The position numbers were made by a program, and so were the translations under genes. The notes beneath the pieces are model-generated. The model was not told where the DNA came from and ran no database searches. It saw only the letters and a program-made list of their open reading frames with translations. This document shows positions 36,225-49,200 of a stretch of DNA of 64,000 nucleotides, piece by piece. Within the stretch, counting starts at the first letter, position 1, and every line of letters begins with the position of its first letter. Source of the stretch: Ranitomeya imitator (Eukaryota); NCBI RefSeq assembly GCF_032444005.1, contig NC_091282.1, positions 1,203,234,001-1,203,298,000 of the forward strand. The letters run 5' to 3'.

Positions 36225-37580
36225 ACTACTGCCCGGCCAGCACCCGGCTCTGCCCAACTACTGCACGGCCAGCACCCGGCTCTGCTCCACTACTGCACGG
36301 CCAGCACCCGGCTCTGCCCAACTACAGCACGGCCAGCACCCGGCTCTGCCCAACTACTGCACGGCCAGCACCCGGCTCTGCCCAACTACAGCACGGCCAG
36401 CACCCGGCTCTGCCCAACTACAGCACGGCCAGCACCCGACTCTGCCCAACTACAGCACGGCCAGCACCCGGCTCTGCCCAACTACAGCACGGCCAGCACC
36501 CGGCTCTGCCCAACTACAGCACGGCCAGCACCCGGCTCTGCCCAACTACAGCACGGCCAGCACCCGGCTCTGCCCAACTACAGCACGGCCAGCACCCGGC
36601 TCTGCCCAACTACAGCACGGCCAGCACCCGGCTCTGCCCAACTACAGCACGGCCAGCACCCGGCTCTGCCCAACTACAGCACGGCCAGCACCCGGCTCTG
36701 CCCAACTACAGCACGGCCAGCACCCGGCTCTGCCCAACTACAGCACGGCCAGCACCCGGCTCTGCCAAACTACAGCACGGCCAGCACCCGGCTCTGCCCA
36801 ACTACAGCACGGCCAGCACCCGGCTCTGCCCAACTACAGCACGGCCAGCACCCGGCTCTGCCCAACTACAGCACGGCCAGCACCCGGCTCTGCCCAATTA
36901 CAGCACGGCCAACACCCGGCTCTGCCCAACTACAGCACGGCCAGCACCCGGCTCTGCCCAACTACAGCACGGCCAGCACCCGGCTCTGCCCAACTACAGC
37001 ACGGCCAGCACCCGGCTCTGCCCAACTACAGCACGGCCAGCACCCGGCTCTGCCAAACTACAGCACGGCCAGCACCCGGCTCTGCCCAACTACAGCACGG
37101 CCAGCACCCGGCTCTGCCCAACTACAGCACGGCCAGCACCCGGCTCTGCCCAACTACAGCACGGCCAGCACCCGGCTCTGCCCAATTACAGCACGGCCAA
37201 CACCCGGCTCTGCCCAACTACAGCACGGCCAGCACCCGGCTCTGCCCAACTACAGCACGGCCAGCACCCGGCTCTGCCCAATTACAGCACGGCCAACACC
37301 CGGCTCTGCCCAACTACAGCACGGCCAGCACCCGGCTCTGCCCAACTACAGCACGGCCAGCACCCGGCTCTGCCCAACTACAGCACGGCCAGCACCCGGC
37401 TCTGCCAAACTACTGCATGGCCAGCACCCAACTCTGCCCAACTACTGCATGGCCAGCTGCCGCCTCTGCCCCACTACTGCCCGGCCAGCACCCGGCTCTG
37501 CCCAACTACTGCATGGCCAGCACCCAACTCTGCCCAACTACTGCATGGCCAGCTGCCGCCTCTGCTTGTCTACTGCACGG
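36225..37580. repeat. 32 bp minisatellite (cagcacccggctctgcccaactacagcacggc)
   Basis: About 40 highly homogeneous units. Gives 32 aa periodic ORFs in all three plus frames. Confidence 0.97.
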
Positions 37581-38704
37581 CCGGCACGAGACCTCAATTG
37601 AGAGGCGCCATGGCAGACATATCAACTCCTCCTAAGTCCATGCAAAAGTAACGACAAAGCCACAGGCAATCCACAATATACATTTATTCCCCAAAGACAG
37701 GTAGAGTATAAAAATATATAAAAAAAACAAACAAACACGTACCATAGGATGATTTTAAATATATTTTATTGTAGGTGATAAATATAAAATACAGATAAAA
37801 AAAGACTAATATTCTGAAATGTAAAAAAATATAAATATGTTTTTAAATTTAAAAAAAACAGTTTTTTAAAAAAAAACATGCAAAATGTAATATTTACAAT
37901 AAAACAAAAAACATTGATAAATAGAATTTTTTCAGCTATTTATTTTTTTAATAGACTGTTTTCATTGAGGGATAAAGTGTTTCGGAGAATCTCTGTGCCC
38001 CCGTCACTCAAAAATCAGTACATTACAAATAATATAAAAGGTGAAAAATAATAATAAACTAAACACCTATAGTAGGCATAGTATAGTACAGTATGGCAAA
38101 AGGGAAGGGAAGAGAAAAAAAAAAACAAAAAGTGTATATCGGGGCCCTTAGGTGGACATTCATTCTCATTACCCCGGGATATTGTGGCGCAGTTTGGTTT
38201 TCATCTGAATTATCTTTATTTACAGGGCAATGAATTTCATGGCCAATTTCACTGAATTTGATATGGCGCCCAACTGCATTAGCCCTACACGGAGGGGGAG
38301 AAAAAAAATCTATCAGGTACCGAGATGCTAATTTCTCTCTGGGGACAAAAAACCCACAACCCTTTGTTTTCGGTCTTTAACAGGATTTCTGATTGCTTTA
38401 TAGCGCGGCACATCACCGGGCTGTAATCAAATGGAAAGAGAAGCCTCACGGAAAATACGAGGGAGCTCAGAAATTATTATTATTATTAAAAATAAAAAAT
38501 ACAGGGGGAGATAAAAGTGTAAAATGTACCCACATTATATCATAACTGTATTATGTATTCTGCTGCAAATTATTATTTCGTATTTGTATCATAGCGTTTC
38601 ACGCAGGTTGATAAATCTGTCTAAATTTTAAGACAGCGTAGTCCAACTTTACACTTATATTGTGCCAGAATCAAGACAAAATTTTGGTGCTTTTTTTTGG
38701 CGCA

Positions 38705-38825
38705 TTAAGCCGCACCCCTTCCTCTACAAGCCGCACCCCTTCCTCTACAAGCCACACCCCTTCCTCTACAAGCCACACCCCTTCCTCTACAAGCCACACC
38801 CCTTCCTCTACAAGCCACACCGTTT
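38705..38825. repeat. 21 bp tandem repeat (aagccacaccccttcctctac)
   Basis: 5-6 copies. Confidence 0.9.
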
Positions 38826-39639
38826 TTATGCAAAGCCACGCCTCATGGGTCTTTTGACCTGAACTTGACAGCGTCCACTCCATGAATCACAACCCGTGAG
38901 CAGAGCATAAAACGCGGATGTGTGAACGCGGCCTTATGGGCATGATAAATATGGTAGAAGTCACAAAAGACGGCCCGATTTATGTAGAAAAATCTGTGCT
39001 CCATGGGTTGTCTCCTCTTCAGGAGCGCACCGCTCCCCGGCCTCTCGGCTTCCTGCACCTGATGGGGGAGCAGTGCGCTCCTGAAGACTGACAGTTCTGA
39101 CTAGCAGCATAGTCACACCACTCTCCCCAACTGTGCCCCCCCCCATGCCGCTATATTAGACAGCATATTGCCTGCATTCAGCGATCGTCAACTTCTACAA
39201 ACTTTAAAAAAAAAAAAAAAAAAGAGCTCGAAAGCACTGCCTAGGAGACCGGCCTCTGCTGATAAACCACAGTGGTGGCCGGTAACCTAGATAACAAGAA
39301 GTAAACTGTAGAATTTAAAAAATAAAAAAAGAATGAGGAGGAAAAAAAAATAAATAAAAAGACATTCACTTTTATTAATACTTTATATAGAAAAAAGCAG
39401 TTTTCTATTTTTTTTTTTTACCTCCTTGTCACATCACTGCCCCTATGGCAACACTTCCTGCTCTGCGCACCACTTTGCCACCAGCGATGTGGACGGTGAT
39501 TATCGAAAATCTGTAATAAAACTCATCATCGAAGCCCCATGCAACCTATCCAAGCACAGAATTCATTATTTTATTCACAGTAATGGAAGAAACCGCAGCT
39601 GCAATCCTTTACTTTGGGCAACGAGGTTTTGTTTTTTTT

Positions 39640-40365
39640 AGCTTTGATCCGATATTGTTAACGATATCGTTGCATTTTGTGACGTAGCAACAATATCGTT
39701 AAGGAAATCGTTATGTGTGACAGCGACCAACGATCAGGCCCCTGCTGGGAGATCGTTGGTCGCTGAACAAAGTCCAGAACTTTATTTCGTCGCTGGATCT
39801 CCCGTGGACATCGCTGGATCGGAGTGTGTGACACCGATCCAGCGATGTCTTCACTGGTAACCAGGGTAAACATCGGGTAACTAAGCGCAGGGCCGCGCTT
39901 AGTAACCCGATGTTTACCCTGGTTACCATTCTAAAAGTAAAAAAACAAACACTACATACTTACCTACCGCTGTCTGTCCCCCGGCGCTGTGCTCTGCACT
40001 CCTCCTGCACTGGCTGTGAGCGTCGGTCAGCCGGAAAGCAGAGCGGTGACGTCACCGCTCTGCTTTCCGGCCGCTGTGCTCACAGCCAGTACAGGAGGAG
40101 TGCAGAGCACAGCGCTGGAGGACAGACAGCGGTAGGTAAGTATGTACTGTTTGTTTTTTTTTACTTTTAGGATGGTAACCAGGGTAAACATCGGAATACT
40201 AAGCGCGGCCCTGCGCTTAGTTACCCGATGTTTACCCTGGTTACCGGCATCGTTGGTCGCTGGAGAGCGGTCTGTGTGACAGCTCTCCAGCGACCAAACA
40301 GCGACGCTGCAGCGATCCGGATCGTTGTCGGTATCGCTGCAGCGTCGCTAAATGTGAAGGGGCCT
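39640..40365. mobile_element. Non-autonomous palindromic DNA element, Harbinger-like
   Basis: Right end tgtgaaggggcc|tta. Nested internal inverted repeats (ggtaaccagggtaaacatcgg...ccgatgtttaccctggttacc twice). Left end degraded. Confidence 0.55.
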
Positions 40366-41055
40366 TAAGACATACGGATCGATGCCAGACAGGAAGTGTT
40401 GTCGTAAGAACATAGGAAGAGAAGAGCAGCGGACATCGATTTCATGACTTTTCAAAGATATAAAGGTCTTCGATACGGTTATAGATACTTTTATTTTGCT
40501 TTTTTGAGCATAGCATGTGCTGATTGACACACACCAATGGGTTAAAAAAAATAATTATGAAGTCTTCATCAATGAAAGTGCTAAGCTGAAGAGGAAATAC
40601 ACTTTATATAAAAGGTGATGAATACAATCCCCGATCTGTCACCCTGTAAGTGACGACGCACCGGCTCCATTTATCTGGCCGGAAAGAAATTGTGTGTGCA
40701 AGGTGCGCCCTCTGGTGGTCACCACATAAAATGCGCTCTAGAGACAAACACTCCGGGATGGCGGGGCCTTACAGATGGGACAAGCATGTGAAGGGGCTCA
40801 ATTATATACCTAAAGCATTGCCACGCACAGTATTATAAGCACCTTTGCATATTTTTTTTTTTTTTATTGCTTAGTGCTCAATGGCTTAGTTCTAAGAATA
40901 TCCACTTTTGCCTCCCCAACCGATTCATACACAGCTTCTAATTTTTTTTTTTTTTGCAGCATGTGACACTATGGTTTCCCTCCATTCTCCTAAGGGCTTA
41001 TGATCAAGTTTCTGGAAGTAAAAAAAAAAAAAAAACACAACAAAACATTCCTTAA

Positions 41056-41548
41056 CCCCTTCATGACCTTGGGATTTTCCGTTTTTCCGTGTTCGTTTTT
41101 CGCTCCCCTCCCTCCCAGAGCCATAACTTTATTTTTCCGTCAATATGGCCATGTGAGGGCTTATTTTTTGGGAAACAAGTTGTACTTTTGAACGACATCA
41201 TTGGTTTTACCATGTCGTGTACTAAAAAAACGGGGAAAAAAATTCTAAAGTGCGGTGAAATTGCAAAAAAAGTGCAATCCCACACTAGTTTTCTGTTTGG
41301 CTTTTTTGCTCGGTTCACTAAATGCTAAAACTGAGCTGATATTATGATTCTCCAGGTCATTATGAGTTCATAGGCACCAAACATGTCTAGGTTCTATTTT
41401 ATCTAAGTGGTGACAAAATTTCCAAACTTTGCTAAAAAAAAAAAAAAAAATTGCGCCATTTTCCGATACCCGTAGCGTCTCCATTTTCCATGATCTGGGG
41501 TTGGGTGAGGGCTTATTTTTTGAGTGCTGAGCTGCCGTTTTTAATGAT
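41056..41548. mobile_element. Left end of a TTAA/CCCC piggyBac-like non-autonomous element, cut by the gap
   Basis: TTAA|CCCCTTCATGACC start. Ends at the N run. Confidence 0.6.
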
Positions 41549-41742
41549 NNNNNNNNNNNNNNNNNNNNNNNNNNNNNNNNNNNNNNNNNNNNNNNNNNNN
41601 NNNNNNNNNNNNNNNNNNNNNNNNNNNNNNNNNNNNNNNNNNNNNNNNNNNNNNNNNNNNNNNNNNNNNNNNNNNNNNNNNNNNNNNNNNNNNNNNNNNN
41701 NNNNNNNNNNNNNNNNNNNNNNNNNNNNNNNNNNNNNNNNNN
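41549..41742. other. Assembly gap (N run)
   Basis: Run of n characters. Confidence 1.
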
Positions 41743-43828
41743 TAAGTTTTTCAGTATATTTGTATGGTAAAGTGTATGCTGCCATTCAAAACAAAAACTT
41801 ATCCAATCCCCCGCCCCCCCACAAACACCCAAAAAAAATAAATAAATAAAACAAACAAGAACAAGCCCTCATACAGCTATAACTACGGAGGGGGGAGAAG
41901 AGGGATTTTTGGTTCTTACTTTCTTGGAGCCTTCATTGGGGGGGGGGGGGGACACAGGTAACCATGGGTGTATGCTGTTGTTACTAAGAGGCTGACACTA
42001 TGCAAATAAAAAAGAAGTAGCTCCTCCCCAGCAGTACACACCCTCCGACAGGCACCAGGCAACTCAGTTGGTGCAAAAGCAGTAGTAGGAACAGGTAATA
42101 TAAAACTCAACCTATGTACCAACCCACAACAACGGCACGTTGGCCAACACGGTACAACTTCAAGGGAGGGCGCTGTGTCCCCCAATGAAGGCTCCAAGAA
42201 AGAGATTTTACGGTAAGAACCAAAAATCCCTCTTTCTTTCTCGCCTCATTGGGGGACACAGGTAACCATGGGACGTCCAAAAGCAGTCCCTAGGGCAGGA
42301 TATTCTGCAGAAAAAGAGGAGTTAGGTCTGCCGGTCAGAAACCACCAACTGCAGTATCCTCCTACCCAGGCTCGTGTCCGCGGAAGCCTGAGTATGCACC
42401 TTGTAGAATTTAACCCCTTAATCCCATATGTCGTACTATCCCGTCGAGGTGGGGTGGGCCTTAATTCCCACCGACGTGATAGTACGTCATAGGCGATCGG
42501 CCGCGCTCACGGGGGGAGCGCGGCCGAGTCAGCTGACTATCGCAGCTGACATCCGGCACTATGTGCCAGGAGCGGTCACGGACCGCTCCCGGCACATTAA
42601 CCCCCGGCACACCACGATCAAACATGATCGCGGTGTGCCGGCGGTACAGGAAAGCATCGCGCAGGGAGGGGGCTCCCTGCGTGCTTCCCTGAGACGATCG
42701 GTACAAGGTGATGTGCTCACCTTGTACCGAGCGTCTTCTCCCTGCAGGCCCCGGATCCAAAATGGCCGCGGGGCTGCATCCGGGTCCTGCAGGGAGCACT
42801 TCCGGGTCAGGAGCAGGCTGCAGCGACAAGTGAGACCGCCGATCTCACAGAGTGCTATGCAAACTGTGAGATCGGCGATCTGTAATGTCCCCCCCTGGGA
42901 CAAAGTGAAAAAAAAAAAATTTCCACATGTGTAAAAAAAAAATTAAAAAAAATTACTAAATAAAGAATAAAAAATATTATTCCCATAAATACATTTCTTC
43001 ATCTAAATAAAAAAAAAACCCAATAAAAGTACACATATTTAGTATCGCCGCGTCCGTAACGGCCCGACCTATAAAACTGTCCCACTAGTTAACCCCTTCA
43101 GTAAACACCGTAAGAAAAAAAAAAAAACGAGGCAAAAAACCGCTTTATTATCATACCGCCGAACAAAAAGTGGAATAACACGCGATCAAAAGGACAGATA
43201 TAAATAACCATGGTACCGCTGAAAACGTCATAATATTGTCCCGCAAAAAACGAGCCGCCATACAGCATCATCAGCAAAAAAATAAAAAAGTTATAGTCCT
43301 GAGAATAAAGCGATGCAAAAATAATTATTTTTTCTGTAAAATAGTTTTTATCGTATAAAAGCGCCAAACCATAAAAAAATGATATAAATGAGGTATCGCT
43401 GTAATCGTACTGACCCGAAGAATAAAACTGATTTATCAATTTTACCAAACGCGGAACGGTATAAACGCCTCCCCCAATAGAAATTCATGAATAGCTGGTT
43501 TTTGGTCATTCTTCCTCACAAAAATCGGAATAAAAAGCGATCAAAAAATGTCACGTGCCCGAAAATGTTTTCAGTAAAAACGTCAACTCGTCCCGCAAAA
43601 AACAAGACCTCACATGACTCTGTGGACCAAAATATGGAAAAATTATAGCTCTCAAAATGTGGTATTGCAAAAAATATTTTTTGCAATAAAAAGCGTCTTT
43701 CAGTGTGTGACGGCTGCCAATCATAAAAATCCGCTAAAAAACTCGCTATAAAAGTAAATCAAACCCCCCTTCATCACCCCCTTAGTTAGGGAAAAATAAA
43801 AAAAAATGTATTTATTTCCATTTTCCCA

Positions 43829-44010
43829 TTAGGGCTAGGGTTAGGGCTAGGGTTAGGGCTAGGGTTGGGGGCTAAAGTTAGGGTTAGGGTTTAGATTACA
43901 TTTACAGTTGGGAATAGGGTTGGGATTAGGGTTAGGGGTGTGTCAGGGTTAGAGGTGTGGTTAGGGTTACCGTTGGAATTAGGGTTAGGGGTGTGTTTAG
44001 ATTAGGGTTT
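43829..44010 (+). repeat. Telomere-like (TTAGGG/CTAGGG)n tract
   Basis: ttagggctagggttagggctagggttagggctaggg..., then degenerate ttaggg copies. Confidence 0.85.
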
Positions 44011-44029
44011 CAGTTATAATTGGGGGGTT

Positions 44030-46210
44030 TCCACTGTTTAGGCACATCAGGGGCTCTCCAAACACGACATGGCGTCCGATCTCAATTCCAGCCAATTCTG
44101 CGTTGAAAAAGTAAAACAGTGCTCCTTCCCTTCCGAGCTCTCCCGTGTGCCCAAACAGGGGTTTACCCCAACATATGGGGTATCAGCGTACTCAGGACAA
44201 ATTGGACAACAACTTTTGTGGACCAATTTCTCCTGTTACCCTTGGGAAAATACAAAACTGGGGGCTAAAAATAATTTTTGTGGGAAAACAAAAAGATTTT
44301 TTATTTTCACGGCTCTGCGTTATAAACTGTAGTGAAACACTTGGGGGTTCAAAGTTCTCACAACACATCTAGATAAGTTCATTGAGGGGTCTAGTTTCCA
44401 ATATGGGGTCACTTGTGGGGGGTTTCTACTGTTTAGGTACATTAGGGGCTCTGCAAACGCAATGTGACGCCTGCAGACCAATCCATCTAAGTCTGCATTC
44501 CAAATGATGCTCCTTCCCTTCCGAGCCCTCCCATGCTCCCAAACGGTGGTTCCCCCCCACATATCAGGTATCAGCGTACTCAGGACAAATTGGACAACAA
44601 CATTTAGGGTCCAATTTCTCCTGCTAACCTTGGAAAAATACAAAACTGGGGGCTAAAATAATTTTTGTGGAAAAAATTTTTTTTTATTTGCACGGCTCTG
44701 CGTTATAAACTGTAGTGAAATACTTGGGGGTTCAAAGCTCTCACAACACATCAAGATGAGTTCCTTAGGGGGTCTACTTTCCAAAATGGTGTCACTTGTG
44801 GGGGGTTTCTACTGTTTAGGTACATTAGGGGCTCTGCAAACGCAATGTGACGCCTGCAGACCATTCCATCTAGGTCTGCATTCCAAATGGCGCTCCTTCC
44901 CTTCCGAGCCCTCCCATGCGCCCAAACGGTGGTTCCCCCTCACATATGGGGTATCAGCGTACTCAGGACAAATTGGACAACAACTTTTGGGGTCCAATTT
45001 CTCCTGTTACCCTAGGGAAAATACAAAACTGGGGGCTAAAAAATAATTTTTGTGGGATAAAAATTTTGTTTTATTTTTATGGCTCTGCATTATACACTTC
45101 TGTGAAGCCCTTGGTGGGTCAAAGTGCTCACCACACATCCATATAAGTTCCTTAGGGGGTCTACTTTCCAAAATGGTGTCACTTGTGGGGGGTTTCAATG
45201 TTTAGGCACATCAGTGGCTCTCCAAACGCAACATGGCGTCCCATCTCAATTCCAGCCAATTCTGTGTTGAAAAAGTAAAACAGTGCTCCTTCCCTTCCGA
45301 GTTCTCCGGTGCGCCCAAACAGGGGTTTACCTCAACATATGGGGTATCAGCGTACTCAGGACAAATTGGACAACATATTTTGGGGTCCAAGTTCTCTTGT
45401 TATCCTTGGGAAAATAAATATGTGGGGGGCTAAAAATCATTTTTGTGGGAAAAATAAGATTTTTTTATTTTCGCGGCTCTGCGTTGTAAACTGCAGTGAA
45501 ACACTTGGGGGTTCAAAGTTCTCACAACACATCTAGATAAGTTCCTTGGGGGGTCTAGTTTCCAATATGGGGTCACTTGTGGGGGGTTTCTACTGTTTGG
45601 GTACATCAGGGGCTCTGCAAATGCAACGTGACGCCTGCAGACCAATCCATCCAAGTCTGTATTCCAAATGGCGCTCCTTCCCTTCCGAGCTCTGCCATGC
45701 GCCCAAACAATGGTTTACACCCACATATGGGGTATCAGCGTACTCAGGACAAATTGCACAACAACTTTTGTGTGTCTAATTTCTTCTCTTACCCTTGGGA
45801 AAATAAAAAATTGGGGGCAAAAAGATCATTTTTGTGAAAAAAATATGATTTTTTATTTTTATGGCTCTGCATTATAAACTTCTATGAAGCACTTGTTGGG
45901 TCAAAGTGCTCACCACACCTCTAGATAAGTTCCTCAAGGGGTCTACTTTCCAAAATGGTGTCACTTGTGGGGGGTTTCAATGTTTAGGCACATCAGTGGC
46001 TCTCCAAACGCAACATGGTGTCCCATCTCAATTCCAGTCAATTTTGCATTGAAAAGTCAAATGGCGCTCCTTCCCTTCCGAGCTCTGCCATGCGCCCAAA
46101 CAGTGGTTTATCCCCACATATGGGGTATCAACGTACTCAGGACAAATTGTACAACAACTTTTGGGGTACATTGTCTCATGTTACCCTTGGTAAAATAAAA
46201 CAAATTGGAG
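44030..46210. repeat. ~390 bp internal tandem repeat, about 6 copies
   Basis: Marker ggtatcagcgtactcaggacaaatt near 44178, 44567, 44950, 45342, 45730 and 46123. Confidence 0.9.
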
Positions 46211-49200
46211 CCGAAATAAATTGTGTGTGAAAAATGTTAAATGTTCATTTTTATTTAAATATTCCAAAAATTCCTGTAAAACACCTGAAGGGTTAATAAA
46301 CTTCTTGAATGTGGTTTTGAGCACCTTGAGGGGTGCAGTTTTTAGAATGGTGTCACACTTGGGTATTTTCTATCATATAGACTCAAAATGACTTCAAATG
46401 AGATGTGGTCCCTAAAAAAAAAATGGTGTTGTAAAAATGAGAAATTGCTGGTCAACTTTTAACCCTTATAACTCCCTAACAAAACAAAATTTTGGTTCCA
46501 AAATTGTGCTGATGTAAAGTAGACATGTGGGAAATGTTACTTATTAAGTATTTTGTGTGACACATCTCTGTGATTTAAGGGTATAAAAATTCAAAGTTGG
46601 AAAATTGCGAAATTTTCAAAATTTTCGCCAAATTTCCGTTTTTTTCTCAAATAAACGCAAGTTATATCGAATAAATTTTACCACTAACATGAAGTACAAT
46701 ACGTCATGAGAAAACAATGTCAGAATCGCCAAGATCCGTTGAAGCGTTCCAGAGTTATAATCTCATAAAGGGACAGTGGTCAGAATTGTAAAAATTGGCC
46801 CGGTCATTAACGTGCAAACCACCCTCGGGGCTTAAGGGGTTAACAAAGGTATGCATGGATGACCACGTTGCGGCCTTGCAAACCTGCGAGGCCGTAGCTT
46901 GGTGACGAACTGCCCAGGAAGCTCCCACAGCCCGGATAGAGTGAGCCTTCACATCCGATGGAGGCCATTTGTCTTGAACACGGTATGCCTCCAGAACCGC
47001 CGAACGGATCCAACGAGCAATTGTGGACTTGGAGGCGGGGAGCCCCTTTCGCCGCCCTTTCGAGACGATGAACAGAGAATCGGCCTGGCGAAAAGAAGCA
47101 GTTCTGGTCAGATAAATTCGGATAGCCCTGACCACATCCAACTTGTGAAGAGATTTCTCCAAGGGATGAACCGGGGAAGGGCACAAGGAAGGGAGGACAA
47201 TGTCCTCATTGATGTGAAAAGCCGAAAACACCTTTGGTAGAAGGGAAGGAACTGGACGAAGAACCACCTTGTCCTGATGCAGGACTAGGAAGGGAGAACG
47301 ACAGGATAATGCCGCCAGTTCCGACACTCTTCTAATGGAGGTGATGGCGACCAAAAAGGCCACCTTCCAGGATAGAAGCGAGAAGGAAATGTCCTGAATC
47401 GGTTCAAAGGGCGTACGCTGGAGGACGTCCAAAACGAGGTAGAGGTCCCAAGGCTCAACAGGAGGACGATAAGGGGGAGCTATATGACCAACCCCCTGGA
47501 TGAAGGTCCTCACCTGAGGCAGGGAGGCCAGGTCTCTTTGAAAAAGAATGGACAGAGCAGAAATCTGACCCTTCAAGGTGCTAAGGGAAAGATCCGAATC
47601 TAGACCAGCTTGAAGAAAACTGAGAAGGGATGGAAGGGAAAAAGTCATAGGAAACAGACTGTTGTCCTGACACCACCATAAAAAAGCCTTCCAACACCTG
47701 TGGTAAATACGCGAGGAAGCCGGTTTTCTCACCCTTATAGTCTGGATGACGCTATGAGAAAAACCCACGTCCTTCAGGACGGCGGCCTCAACGGCCATAC
47801 CGTTAAACTCAGAGACCGAGCATTCGGGTGGAAGAGGGGGCCCTGCGAAAGAAGGTCCGGACGATCCGGAAGCCTCCACGGAACATCCGATAGCATGTTC
47901 ACCAGTTCCGCATACCAGGCCCTGCGAGGCCAATCTGGAGCTACTAAGATTACGGGGACCCCTTCTGTCTTGATCTTTTTTACGACCCTTGGGATGAAGG
48001 GGAGAGGTGGAAACAGATAGGGCATCTGGAACTGGGTCCACGGGATCACGAGAGCGTCGCATCCGACGGCCATCGGATCCCGAGATCTGGAGACGTACTG
48101 GGGAACCTTGTAGTTTGCCCCGGAAGCCATCAAGTCGACGTCTGGGACGCCCCACCGCTGGCAAATCTGGCTGAAGATAGCGGGGAGGAGAGATCACTCG
48201 CCCGCCACGATGCCCTGGCGACTGAGAAAGTCGGCTTCCCAATTGTCCACCCCTGGGATGTGGACGGCTGACAGAGGGAACGTGACCTTCCCCCCAACGC
48301 AGGATTTATGCCACTTCCACCATGACTTGTGTGCTGCGAGTCCCTCCCTGTTGGTTTATGTAAGCCACGGCCATAGCGTTGTCCGACTGAATGCGGATCG
48401 GTTTTCCTGAAAGGAGAGACTCCCAGCGGATGAGGGCTAGGAAGATGGCTCTGATTTCCAAGAGGTTGATAGGGAGGCGCGCCTCCTGAGCAGTCCAGTG
48501 GCCCTGGGCCGTGAGGTGGAGAAAAACTGCTCCCCAACCTTGGAGGCTGGCGTTGGTGGTGATCACCTGCCAGCGGGGAGGGAGAAATGACCTCCCGCGC
48601 AGAATGGAGGTGGACAGTGTCCACCAAGAGAGACTGTTTCACTCTGGGAGAGAGGCGAAACGGGCGATCCAGGGAAAGTGGATTCCTGTCCCAGGCAGAC
48701 AGAAGGGCCAGCTGGAGGGGACGAGAGTGGAACTGGGCACAGGGGACCGCTACCATGGAGACGACCATCTTTCCCAGAACCCTCATGGCGAGGTGGAGAG
48801 ACGGAGGCTTCGGGCTCTTTAGAGCTCTGACCCCCCGACGAAGAGAAAAGAACTTCTTGGGAAGAAAGACCTGAGCCTGAGAGGTGTCAAATTCCATGCC
48901 CAGGAACTTCAGCCGCTGAGTTGGAATCAGGGAAGACTTCTGGTAATTGATTATCCAGCCGAGGCGAAGAAGCGTGTCCAGAGTAAGCTGGAGGCTCTGG
49001 CTGCAATCCCGACGGGACGGACCCTTGATTAAGAGGCCATGACAGCTACCATGACCTTCGTAAAGACCCTGGGCCCAGACGCCAGACCGAAAGGGAGGGC
49101 CGTGAACTGATAGTGATGACCCTGGATCGCGAACCGGAGGAATCTCTGATGTCATACGCAAATATGGACGTGAAGGTACGCATCTCGGATATCCACGAAA

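Larger units (their letters stand above)
42414..46839. mobile_element. 4.4 kb non-autonomous piggyBac-like DNA transposon
   Basis: TTAA at 42410-42413 and 46840-46843. TIR CCCCTTAA(T/G)CCC. Removing it restores the DIRS YR frame. No transposase ORF. Confidence 0.88.

Noticed and set aside
36061-37651. Three overlapping ~500 aa ORFs
   Set aside because: The 32 bp repeat gives the same peptide in all three frames.
39420-39650. Exon-like segment on the minus strand (ttacag...gtaaaa)
   Set aside because: No frame resembles UVSSA or a protein I recognise.
43829-44010. True telomere or chromosome fusion site
   Set aside because: Short, degenerate, single orientation, and inside a TTAA-bounded transposon.
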